Positions 21,301 through 28,080 of a stretch of 35,535 nt of DNA are shown here, piece after piece. A model generated the notes under the pieces. It searched no databases and was not told where the DNA came from. It saw nothing but the letters and a program-made list of their open reading frames with translations. The position numbers and the translations under genes were made by a program. Source of the DNA: a virus (lineage: Duplodnaviria; Caudoviricetes); the IMG/VR virus record IMGVR_UViG_3300025131_007285, positions 1-35,535 of that record; one strand, given 5' to 3'. Every line of letters begins with the position of its first letter. Within the stretch, counting starts at the first letter, position 1.

Positions 21301-22925
21301 TTTTAAATAATTCAGAAGATCCTGGTAAATTTAAAAAAATTGAATCATCTTTTAATGTGTCTCAAATACGGAACAGATTGCAAGCCGGTACGCGGTATTA
21401 CATGGATATTTATTTGGACAAATCTGATGATTTGGTGATGATGGAAGAGAAATCTGTGTTCAAGGCACCTGGTTTGCCTGCTACTAGAGATGTGAACGGT
21501 AGATTGTTTGGACCTCCGTTGGCGACGAAGGAAAACTTCCTCAATTTCGCGGAAACATTGTGTTATACTCAATATACTCCTCCTTACTTTTTTGGACGCT
21601 CTAAAGTAACTATAGAATATTTATCAACAGCTGATGATGCTACCAATTTTACTTTTGGTAAATTTTTTAATGAAGTGACCTCGACATATTCCAATCGTAC
21701 ACTCACTGATCGATTTCAAGCGTATGCTGGCCACGGAGGGCTGCAATCCGCCGCCCATTCGGGAACTATGACCATAGATGCTTCAATTAATTTTGAGGGA
21801 GTCAGCAGGGGAATAGGAGGACCAAACGATACGACTACTGATGCTGGTTTGGATAAGTGGGTTATTAGCCCACGGATGGAAACTCCAGTTTTAGATTTTT
21901 CCGGTAATCTTGGCACTACAGCTGAAGACCGTCCTGATGGCCCTATAGGGATGTGGTCGGGTTATGGTGAATTACCTGTTAACAAATCAATTAATTTTGG
22001 AATAGACGAAACATATACTAATTTAAGTCTCGTTAATGCATTTGGTGGTCAGATTAACAGCCCAACAACCGGCTCTTTAATTGACGTAATGTTTGATAGT
22101 CAAACTCAACAAAAACAAGTGGGAGAAATGGCATTTTCCAAAGAAATATCGGAAGCAATTGTGGCAATTCCATATGTTGAAGCCCCTGACAACAATCCAA
22201 ATCAGGCAACACGCACCAAAGATCCGATTTTAGGAAAATATTTCTTTTCATTAGGGGATAATCATATTGATAGTGCTAAAAGATTCCGAGCATTTTGGGG
22301 AAACAAGCGACAATTTGGTGAAGCAATTCCAGATGACCAAGCTTCTGTATGGGGTTCTGGTGGTCCTGTTGTTGATACTTCTATATCAGAGTTGGGGCTA
22401 ATGATGGATAAATATATTTTCCCACCAGAACTTGATTTTAGAACTAATCGATTTACCTTTCGATCTTTCGTAGCCAATACGGTGACAGATCCAATCCCAC
22501 TTGTAACAGGCGATTTTATTGAACCATTCGTTATGTATGTTATGGAATTTAATCATACATTAAAACGCCAGGATTTGATTGACATATGGCAAGGTTTAAT
22601 GCCTGAAATTTCAACTCAAGCCGAGCAAGCAATAAGTGAAGCTTCGTGGCCAACTGGACCTTTGGAATTTTTTGGTGGTAAACAGATCCCAGCTAATATA
22701 CGATGGATGGTATTCAAGGTGAAGAAAAGGGCTAATATTGATTATTATAAAGCCACACCTTCGGAAACGGATGATTCCCAAACTTCAACTATTATACACG
22801 AAGCTGAACTACTTGGCGCTAGTTATAATTGGCCCTATGATTACTTCTCGCTTGTTGAATTAGCAGAGCTTGAAGTTGAAGATGAATTTTTAATATATCC
22901 AGAAACGGAGACTGAAGGAACTTAA
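12372..22925 (+). CDS. Giant baseplate wedge protein (T4 gp7 / P2 gpI-like core) with LamG/ConA-like domains and three inserted beta-sandwich modules (3517 aa)
   Basis: IYQNIYNNLVHIYKSKGTEKSFRNLIRCFG (14103-14192) carries the KGT motif of gpI/gp7-type wedge proteins. LamG-like EFWLK...WNHYAL...LYHNG...LDEFRFW at about 12920-13390, with a second LamG-like stretch (WNFAV...ISSVRAW) downstream. Positioned after the gp6-like gene. Confidence 0.75.
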   Translation: MANIKDLFEKNKDNKILADASLNKVGSGIESSNYVKSNIKNKERFIPRINFSSASNFARYGLAEKYYSDSINYITSEYPYDGSQKEKIEWNLSSSYLDRHIFENEYPRTTGYINLGLDYGTVTFGSSTNLDASTKSEYIGFLGNTTTLPQNIDPNQPLSLRFDNLNLYNTASAGFSNLEINGSTGFGAEFWLKKDGWGITTESREQIILDIWNSSSVSPIGLFRVSALSASAAFNVSILSGAVTNTFTLGSKLPISGNTWNHYALMFKNNDSNLVGKLYHNGNLVDIDRSLTSINKITGSMMGNIGATTGYGDGGDSGEVDGAGFGKLSASLDEFRFWKTERSAEKIGRHWFTQVGGGTNSDITRAVTASTKYSYENPVDLGFYYKFNEGIFNSTATVTKDSVILDYAGRVTNGNWTGYSVGGRSSGSAIVESSASLAEFKDPIIYSTHPDVVSLLKTKKEEGYQHDQKNLANIYSSYPNWILEEDEGEQTEVLKDLTQIIASYFDTLQLQIDSLPSLKDVNYFSGSDKPYPFAETFINSLGMVSSDIFSNATDLEYLASRNDYKNFSSKLEDTKNKIYQNIYNNLVHIYKSKGTEKSFRNLIRCFGVDDELVNINLYGDNIEYEFRNNVDYRIVKKRYANFYEDNKFSATVFQQTSSTNSESRGYLSSNPEVFYRGNTYEAEAIFGSNLDGVHKNYIYTPFTSSAVFGCHSAVTASWMGTTWGSPDYGNFQVLAVRPSISSKDARFHLTGTAGGFFPLLTSSLFRNVYDDSRWNFAVKVKPTKYPLADGVTGSATGSYDVEFSGYNYVLDSLANSFSASSVIDGADARQFLISNKRFFAGAHRTNFTGSVVQNSSAKISSVRAWIDYLDDKSIQAHAQDVENFGTKYPYKNAYISQLSKSLGNNIVSIPQMETLALSWNFDTVTSSNASGQFVVPDVSTRPINYIGGPGTLNSSDCITWENLVNMVAIGCGGIVKTSGGSGWNSWANAAPIGANGAVTFDPLFTYTSMWEVYGGLHTSAGSAGDQGLIAYAFFFDSLTANAVVIREAGSDPTGGLSWAFTNPTDRFRIIRGNFGEVFYQRSIDDGATYSTIYASTVNATGDLYPVVTSNDASWIAGLYGSVEQGVTSSLDWGWLSSIAQPQHTGMGYGFPVNDTGSIDRRYIHSAKQQLPEVVNSGDMVSIIDDTDNQMMTRDSRPIDYYFAFEKSMYGIISEQIINYFGTIVGFNNLIGEPVNRYRQEYKDLGKLRSLYFERVKNTPDFEKFVEYFKWIDTALGLMLVQLAPATAGFSEKLRTMVESHVLERNKYWTKFPSLEVEQSVPEAGVRGINEMLYSWKRGHAPFTQEDTQTACIEWKNPVNLRVFDYPGAWSAGCGGVYKGSGENAWNSWANAKGINTYSSVTFLSSYSDATTNSAKVGLHTSEGSAGDEPAFAFWFDANSANAVLIHENGSDPTGGSTWALNTTDYWRIKRSDGGTIEYQRSTDGGVTFSTVYTSATKDTSTLYPVIAVERVPSLAAGITSATVENRDNVNCLWWKERAEADNSLRGNSTVDTQRNTFRLANDFRSGSGPTLAVSRNSTDTKTTYAGSTYAIRNFTKPYRLMVEELPEIHGGSNFSRGKKLDYAHTQIKTDPFGATQIKLKLTASTIEEKACTDVIDPSAKKRLEGAFVSNQSTTALADVSKNYEGGRSSMFAPFSLFSSSITPSYLSNFRSNTQIANYHNDSYGEDNETPIQGPFTNAHVGGWQYRHQNINSGAADTTATRAEAWELSADSNYIQIASRNYDANLPRATMLRTDYAKRPVNIRNIKWGTGSQVAGNFRKNYEVLQTSKRALNNRFFVKNEGFNPVLNISPTFDEVVSFQLPRYDLTGTTKSIFVERFNAPGGPEVSSRGALDLYAEEYAIYNNLNFRNQIVRNALDGWQRAYCGQFGTWAVSGAVEGYRQPRTEDYNTLANYHKVNRNGRSTVLINDFSREVEWVNLGGTTPLGRTGCELSNFNRTLGVVAAGLPLVRWGSSAESNQSIETTGYFEIEVSVIDPMPNWVIGLSSNDKEISNKVDDFWDFSLRGSTQVRVFEGDIDRMSARSIAVGDKLRISRIRSQIIYQHKPVGTANWITFYISTITPKGNYYPRAAFDYLAGIDTSITNARISNPRYDNWYVQHPIPQSELQYAWINDSYDKSKDQPFGYASNFTVPSGSTATTASAVQFVTKSCWNYDWATLGGCSYYVNFAQYYFQFNWPKEYYKYTITPSTNTLEPGYIFSSHLYGRTINGHFNNINGPYGYPSWKQIRTGETPVARYQKNNNILSIMQPPRLTELPNGNGFEKAAVFYNSRTDTQKQFIVPPVVFKYRALDTEHAVSERRGRTGLTDLVRTKLRSTYANNNCLFSHGPVQTIGSNNESIADWLNVPSAKTDMQIYDVMKADPSVWTNIYKLNYKEIVYPRGANAGLTTARGRPEYAEVAIGSLFGNTFSASLSVGSNGIDRGPLERRTFWRDSNILRTRRAGVVQFSNATVGVALDPSWYITGTIPNSQGIINGHSTGIYPFGTIPLSYSLGAQQTGLQLCTQVAGVAFGTPDQYPNTGELNSANYQIFAGYAGTSRDSANPSGVSSSISAHCVWYPTASAFYYHFPRIAGAQGSNGPYMIGMKWRTAELSGKKPWFDSYEDYAADIRGLGKSFTVVPEFRISDHIKYYIVTKAKDFKAKNDKFLSLNGASITSSANDRDSSPNDDIRGFSDKFFNDYSNSDFQQYFGKFDTDSDDNLTNLTLRCKGIKKLLPYNGFYPSQRSLQLASLFSQSIAPYVDGIQWKRGQTIDPDHPPSGALAVQSLLQPFYAPGIMYNTIKSGIGVTWGAYTGSIPVGTGIYGAATVGTLRLKSNYKIPFESILDPLGKTGIPNQSGSETATQKLYLAIPTYQTGSRNDYAISGAAFPWAPVCCPESPTARQARAPYVELTGSSRTLAQSNNSDYGVYQLAISNFLAEIPNFFLNNSEDPGKFKKIESSFNVSQIRNRLQAGTRYYMDIYLDKSDDLVMMEEKSVFKAPGLPATRDVNGRLFGPPLATKENFLNFAETLCYTQYTPPYFFGRSKVTIEYLSTADDATNFTFGKFFNEVTSTYSNRTLTDRFQAYAGHGGLQSAAHSGTMTIDASINFEGVSRGIGGPNDTTTDAGLDKWVISPRMETPVLDFSGNLGTTAEDRPDGPIGMWSGYGELPVNKSINFGIDETYTNLSLVNAFGGQINSPTTGSLIDVMFDSQTQQKQVGEMAFSKEISEAIVAIPYVEAPDNNPNQATRTKDPILGKYFFSLGDNHIDSAKRFRAFWGNKRQFGEAIPDDQASVWGSGGPVVDTSISELGLMMDKYIFPPELDFRTNRFTFRSFVANTVTDPIPLVTGDFIEPFVMYVMEFNHTLKRQDLIDIWQGLMPEISTQAEQAISEASWPTGPLEFFGGKQIPANIRWMVFKVKKRANIDYYKATPSETDDSQTSTIIHEAELLGASYNWPYDYFSLVELAELEVEDEFLIYPETETEGT
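15240..15746 (+). repeat. Internal protein module copy 1 (about 170 aa, ConA/SPRY-like, with Asp-box RSIDDGATY)
   Basis: CITWENLVN...GCGG..K.SG...WNSWANA...GLHTS.GSAGD...NAV.I.E.GSDPTGG..WA...YQRS.D.G.T.ST.Y.S...LYPV aligns by eye with copy 2. Confidence 0.9.
16422..16943 (+). repeat. Internal protein module copy 2 (with Asp-box RSTDGGVTF)
   Basis: Same motifs as copy 1. The 17-nt sequence TCAGATCCTACTGGTGG is identical at 15519-15535 and 16719-16735. Confidence 0.9.
18282..18806 (+). repeat. Internal protein module copy 3 (diverged)
   Basis: VEWVNL...GC...WGSSAES...GYFE...IGLSS...VRVFEG...GDKLRISR...IIYQ...TFYIST...YYP...ITNARIS keeps the register of copies 1 and 2 at lower identity. Confidence 0.65.
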
Positions 22926-22927
22926 TT

Positions 22928-24013
22928 ATGAAATTTTTAAATAAAAAAGAACAAGTAATTGACCTTCAGTTAACTCAATATGGTAAGCGTCTTCTTTCGA
23001 AAGGAAAATTTAAACCATCTTTTTATGCATTTTTTGATGATGGAGTTTTGTACGATTCTCAATGGGGAGATGTGAGCGAAGTACAGAACGACTCTCAAAA
23101 TAGAATTATAAAAGATACCCCTCGTTTGGAAGCTCAATATAATTTCAGCGGTGTAGAAACAAACATAAAAAGAGAAAATGATTATATTCGTTCTCAACCC
23201 GAAGAAGATGATTATGCTATTCAGGATGGTGTTTTCACAAAAATTGATCAAGGAAGATTTTTTCAATCTTTCCAAGACAAAAATTATTTGCTGACTTCAA
23301 TGCTGGGCACTTCCGAATTAAGTAGCGATAAATTGCCTGCATGGAAAGTTTCTTTAATAAGCGGCGAGATTAGTGGCTCAACAGCAGTGTCTAATTATTT
23401 AACTTGTTCGAATCCAATGATTAATGTTCCTCAGTTGGAAATAAGCCCAGTTACATATGAAAGCAAAGTTGAGGTTGTTCCTGATTGGCAATTGAGTGAT
23501 TATAATCCTGAAGATTTATATGGAAATCAGATCATAAAAATTCTTCCAAGAAATTCTGAACTTCTTATTGAAATAAACGAAAAAAATACTACTTTTGAAA
23601 ATGAGAATTTTGATATTGAAATTTATGAAGTTTCAACAGAAATTGATTCGAATGTTTCTTTGTGTAACGACCAACAAGTAATTGAAAGATTGGTTCCACT
23701 TTATTTTATTAAACCGTTTGAGGACGTGCAAAATGGTATCTTAATGGACCAACAAGAGGATGTATTTCAAAACCCAAATTTAGATCTTGATCCTAGTTAT
23801 GTTGAGTATTATATGGATGTTTTGGTTGACAATGAAATACCTGAACAAATTATTTGTAAATATACTTTGAATGAGGGTGAGGGTATTTTCTCACAAAGGG
23901 TTTTGGATTGTGAACAATATAAGCTGCTCAACCAAACTGGCAGCGCAGAATCCTTGTTCGATACTGATATTGATTTTTCTAATTCTGGAATACCTGGTGG
24001 TGGTGGATATTAA
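22928..24013 (+). CDS. Baseplate/tail-fibre-attachment-related structural protein, N-half type (361 aa); paralog of 31345..32331
   Basis: N-terminus MKFLNKKEQVIDLQLTQYGKRLLSKGKFKPSFYAFFDDGVLYD parallels MAFLDNSGDIILDAVLTDTGRYRLAKGDGSFKIVKFALGDDEINY. Acidic C-terminal half. Confidence 0.6.
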   Translation: MKFLNKKEQVIDLQLTQYGKRLLSKGKFKPSFYAFFDDGVLYDSQWGDVSEVQNDSQNRIIKDTPRLEAQYNFSGVETNIKRENDYIRSQPEEDDYAIQDGVFTKIDQGRFFQSFQDKNYLLTSMLGTSELSSDKLPAWKVSLISGEISGSTAVSNYLTCSNPMINVPQLEISPVTYESKVEVVPDWQLSDYNPEDLYGNQIIKILPRNSELLIEINEKNTTFENENFDIEIYEVSTEIDSNVSLCNDQQVIERLVPLYFIKPFEDVQNGILMDQQEDVFQNPNLDLDPSYVEYYMDVLVDNEIPEQIICKYTLNEGEGIFSQRVLDCEQYKLLNQTGSAESLFDTDIDFSNSGIPGGGGY

Positions 24014-24016
24014 TAA

Positions 24017-27000
24017 ATGGAATTTTTAAGTGAAAAAGAATTATTAGGTAAATTTACGCCACAAGTTTATACTAGCAAAATAACTTTGGAACCTGCCAAT
24101 CCACAAACACCACTTCGTAGAGATCCACATGTTAAACCACTTATTGTCGGAGCGACACTAACCTCGGGGATGAGTGAAGCCAGCCGTTATGCTTTGGATA
24201 TAGACGATTCATCAGGCGCTCCGCTTCCAACACCAACTCAATTAAATGTTACCATTAACATGACAGTAAAAGATGTTCTTTATGATTTACAAGCTTCGTG
24301 GTTTAATAATATTAATTTCACTAGAAAAACTGGCACTCAACCCTTCGATTTAAAAAATTATATAAAGATATATTGTGGCCAATTGATGTCCGCTGGTGAT
24401 TTTGGTACAGCCATGACAGCTATTAGAAACAATCCAGCAGGTTTAAAAAATCTTTTTGGTGTTGACGATATTAAAATGAAAACTTTGGGTGAAGTAGTTG
24501 GAAGTGTTAATGATGTTTTGACACAAGCCGTGGCAAACGAAAGTGCAGAAATAATTGAAAATCGGAGACGTGTTTCATCAATTGTTCAACAATCCACACA
24601 ACTTAATTTAAAAAATATACCATATAATGTAACGTTTGGGCCTATAGAAAATCCTAATCCAAATTTTTTGGCCTATGTGACTTGGACAGAATTTGATCTA
24701 CAGCAAATTGCAGTGGATTATGATTTCGACATCATCAATTTCGCATCATTTCAAAATATTTTTAATGTTAAATATTATTCCAGAAAAATGGTTGATAAAG
24801 TAATAGAAGGCGGAAAAGTTATAAATACTGCCTATATTTTTAGAGACAAAAGCGGCGTCGTTTGGAATGGACCAAATCCAGTACAAATAAATTCAAACCG
24901 ATATTGGACTGGTCGATGGTATCAAATATCTGACGGAGCTATTTTGAATGCTGCTGAAGCTGCAACTGTTAGAAAAGCTACAAACGGTCAATTTGTATAT
25001 GATCAAGGCTACGAAGTTCCTGTTAAGCAGGAAATTGTTTTTAAAAAGGGAGTTAAAAATACGAAGATTCAAGATTTTCGTACTGTTGAGAGAGTTGAAA
25101 AACTTAATTTAGATCTTTCTACTCTTGAGAATAAATTAAAGCCGATGTTATCTGGTTTTAAATTTTCTAGAATGTTGGATGAATATAAAAATAAATCAAA
25201 CCAAAATTTTTCTACTATGCATTTGACCAGAGATTTAAATAATAATTGTCGGTTCATTTTTTCTATGAGATTTGATAAGATTTTAGAACAAAATTCTCTC
25301 TTTGGGAATCTTTATAAAAACCCTAGAACAAAAAATGCGGTAGTTGCTGGTTCTGAAATTATTTCTTTAAGACTTCATCGCATAAGATTAAAGGGAAGTC
25401 CTGAAATGGGCTCTAAACCACTTTACATATCCACAGCCGGTGAAGCCAATGATCGACCACGAAAATTTTATGACAATGAACCGTCGCCACCATCTTTTAT
25501 GTATATGTCTGATACAGAACAAACTGTGGGTTCATTACCAGTCGGCCCTGCCAGCACTCAGACAACAGATGGCGATGAATTGTTGTTAGAATATAAGCCA
25601 ACTAGTCTTAGTAGTGGAGATGTTGTGGCATTTGACGGTGTGTCTACTATTAGAAGCGTTTTTGGAACTCAGGTTTATACAGGGGATAATAATGTGTCTC
25701 AACTTCCAATAAAATATTTTACTGGAGTTGATCGATCAGTTGTAAATAAAACAGATGGCTTTTATCAATATAAAGTTGTTTTAGAAATAAAAGATGGTGC
25801 GCCTGCTTTTTTAGCAAATCTCATAGAACAATTAAGGAGTGCCCAAACAGCTCTGGGAGGATATTATGCAGAAGCCTCCAGACTTGGATCACCAGGCGCA
25901 AGCAATCCTTATGAAAATCCGCATGTACAACAATCCGGTGATTCGAGAGGATTAATCCAACCCAATGATCCAAGACCCGCAAACTTTAATGTTTTAGCAA
26001 ATAGATTTACACAACATTTTATTAATACACAACCGGATCAACAAGATTCATCATCACCTTGGATGATTGCCGCAAGAATATATTCTCAAATAATATCGAC
26101 TTTAGCCAATTTGCCTTCGGGTGAACAGCAAGAAATAAAAAATTCACTTATAGATTACATGAGTCCGCATACTGGCAATATTGAGGGCATCTTGCTCACA
26201 TTTAAGTTGTTAGAAGAATTACAACAAATTCTTTTGGAAGCAATTAAGGGGTTGAGGCCCGTAAAAAGCAGTAATGGCAATTGGGCACTTCATCCGGGCG
26301 AAGGCAATTTTATGAAGGTTCAAGGTAATCAAATAGTTGCCAGTAACATCCAGGATTATGGCCCTCCTAAAATGAGTACGATCAAGACCGAATATCGTTT
26401 TCAATCCATATTTGATGCTAACATGCCAAAGAATGTTGGACTTAATATTTTGGGAATAGATATTGCTGATTATAATAATAATGGAGGTCTTTTAACTATA
26501 CCCGGAACAGACTTCACCAATATGGTTGCCAATGAAACTAAAAAAATCTTTAGTAATGATCGTGTGTCTGATTGGGACGCAACAGGACTTATTTGGATAA
26601 GAAATATTCCTGAAGTTGGAAAAGCCACAACGTATAATGTTGGAGATGGGGACATGTCTTATTTTACTCCAACGATTATCAATACTTTGAGTGGAACTGT
26701 AAAAGTCGGTGGTGTAAATTCAAATCCGCAAATGTTGGCAGCTGATGCCTCTCGATGGGTTAATGATTTTAGTTCAGAGCAGAGAACAAAATTAGCACAA
26801 GATATAGAATTTTCTATCTCAAGTTTTGTAGGAACTAATTTTAATTTAACAGTTGTGCCAGAAAATGAAGTCCAAGTTCCTATTGTTCCGCCTGGGCCAC
26901 AACCACCATCGAATCAAGTATTGGTTGATGATCGTAATACGTATTATGATACTTTGCGTGATGAACAGAAAGAACTCAACAGAGATGCTTATTCTAACTT

Positions 27001-28078
27001 TACTGAAATATTAGGCAATTTAAATGTTAATGGTGCTACTAATGTATCTTCTATATCATTGAGGGCATTAAAAAATAATGACTTAGAACTTTATAAACCG
27101 TCAAATCCGGCTGGACATTTGGCCAAATGGGGCTTGATGGATCCTACATTACCCGGCGCTCAACAACCAACTTTACAAATGCCGGATGCCAATGGAGTTT
27201 TGCAGACTATCGATATTAGAAGTTTTATGTCAACACTTCCCAATCAAGTTAAGGCTTTGTTTTCAATTGCTAGCAAGCCTGTTATTTCTGGCGGCGGCTT
27301 CGGATTAGATATTAGAATGGACTTAGTAAATGCTCTCTGGGGCCGATCTCGTGGAAATAGTGTTGGTGGTATTACTGATTGGAATCAGCCGAGAGAAGAA
27401 CGCAGCGGCGGCAGAGCACTTACAAGATATGTGTTTGAAACTATTTATACATTGGAAGTTTTTACCGGATATGAAATGATTACTGAAGATGTCGGCGCGG
27501 GCGCAAACGCCGATGTACCTTCTTTAATAGAAAAAAAATGGGTGCCACTAACACGAACAATATATGGTGATGCTCACACTAATAATCAATATTTATTATG
27601 TAGATTTAGACCATATGAAAATAGTATTGCAGGCATCAGCCTAGAAAATGAATTGCCACTTTATGAACAATATTTTATGATACAACCAGGAAATGTTCCC
27701 CCAAGAGTTCAAGAAGATACCCAAGAAGACGATTTTGCGAGAGAAGCAGCAGAAGCAGAACAAGAAAGAAGTTTTACAGAATTTTTAGAAGCAGGCGCAG
27801 AATTTGATCCTCGATTAGAAGAGTTGGCTGCTGGATTTGGAGCCGGGGGTGCGGAGGCTTTCGCAGCCCTTGGAGATTTCAGTGGCTTGGGTGCCCTTTT
27901 CGGCAGCGATACGGACACGGGCGACGAACAAGAACAAGGAGTAGGGGGTTTCGGACAGGGAGCGGCTTTGGCCAGTGAGCTTGGTGGTGGTCTTGCCGAT
28001 GGAATTCAAGCTGTGGAAGGTTTCGCAGCAGGTATTCTAGGTGGTATAATTGGCGGCAATAGCGGATATGGAGAATAA
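24017..28078 (+). CDS. Large hypothetical virion protein with an acidic, Gly/Ala-rich C-terminal tail (1353 aa)
   Basis: Long ORF following TAATAA, inside the structural operon. No recognisable enzyme motif. Confidence 0.8.
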   Translation: MEFLSEKELLGKFTPQVYTSKITLEPANPQTPLRRDPHVKPLIVGATLTSGMSEASRYALDIDDSSGAPLPTPTQLNVTINMTVKDVLYDLQASWFNNINFTRKTGTQPFDLKNYIKIYCGQLMSAGDFGTAMTAIRNNPAGLKNLFGVDDIKMKTLGEVVGSVNDVLTQAVANESAEIIENRRRVSSIVQQSTQLNLKNIPYNVTFGPIENPNPNFLAYVTWTEFDLQQIAVDYDFDIINFASFQNIFNVKYYSRKMVDKVIEGGKVINTAYIFRDKSGVVWNGPNPVQINSNRYWTGRWYQISDGAILNAAEAATVRKATNGQFVYDQGYEVPVKQEIVFKKGVKNTKIQDFRTVERVEKLNLDLSTLENKLKPMLSGFKFSRMLDEYKNKSNQNFSTMHLTRDLNNNCRFIFSMRFDKILEQNSLFGNLYKNPRTKNAVVAGSEIISLRLHRIRLKGSPEMGSKPLYISTAGEANDRPRKFYDNEPSPPSFMYMSDTEQTVGSLPVGPASTQTTDGDELLLEYKPTSLSSGDVVAFDGVSTIRSVFGTQVYTGDNNVSQLPIKYFTGVDRSVVNKTDGFYQYKVVLEIKDGAPAFLANLIEQLRSAQTALGGYYAEASRLGSPGASNPYENPHVQQSGDSRGLIQPNDPRPANFNVLANRFTQHFINTQPDQQDSSSPWMIAARIYSQIISTLANLPSGEQQEIKNSLIDYMSPHTGNIEGILLTFKLLEELQQILLEAIKGLRPVKSSNGNWALHPGEGNFMKVQGNQIVASNIQDYGPPKMSTIKTEYRFQSIFDANMPKNVGLNILGIDIADYNNNGGLLTIPGTDFTNMVANETKKIFSNDRVSDWDATGLIWIRNIPEVGKATTYNVGDGDMSYFTPTIINTLSGTVKVGGVNSNPQMLAADASRWVNDFSSEQRTKLAQDIEFSISSFVGTNFNLTVVPENEVQVPIVPPGPQPPSNQVLVDDRNTYYDTLRDEQKELNRDAYSNFTEILGNLNVNGATNVSSISLRALKNNDLELYKPSNPAGHLAKWGLMDPTLPGAQQPTLQMPDANGVLQTIDIRSFMSTLPNQVKALFSIASKPVISGGGFGLDIRMDLVNALWGRSRGNSVGGITDWNQPREERSGGRALTRYVFETIYTLEVFTGYEMITEDVGAGANADVPSLIEKKWVPLTRTIYGDAHTNNQYLLCRFRPYENSIAGISLENELPLYEQYFMIQPGNVPPRVQEDTQEDDFAREAAEAEQERSFTEFLEAGAEFDPRLEELAAGFGAGGAEAFAALGDFSGLGALFGSDTDTGDEQEQGVGGFGQGAALASELGGGLADGIQAVEGFAAGILGGIIGGNSGYGE

Positions 28079-28080
28079 AA

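Noticed and set aside
24100-25930. Repeated (D/N)PHV peptide in the 1353-aa protein as a functional motif
   Set aside because: Only two 4-residue matches with no extended similarity, which is insufficient without homolog alignments.
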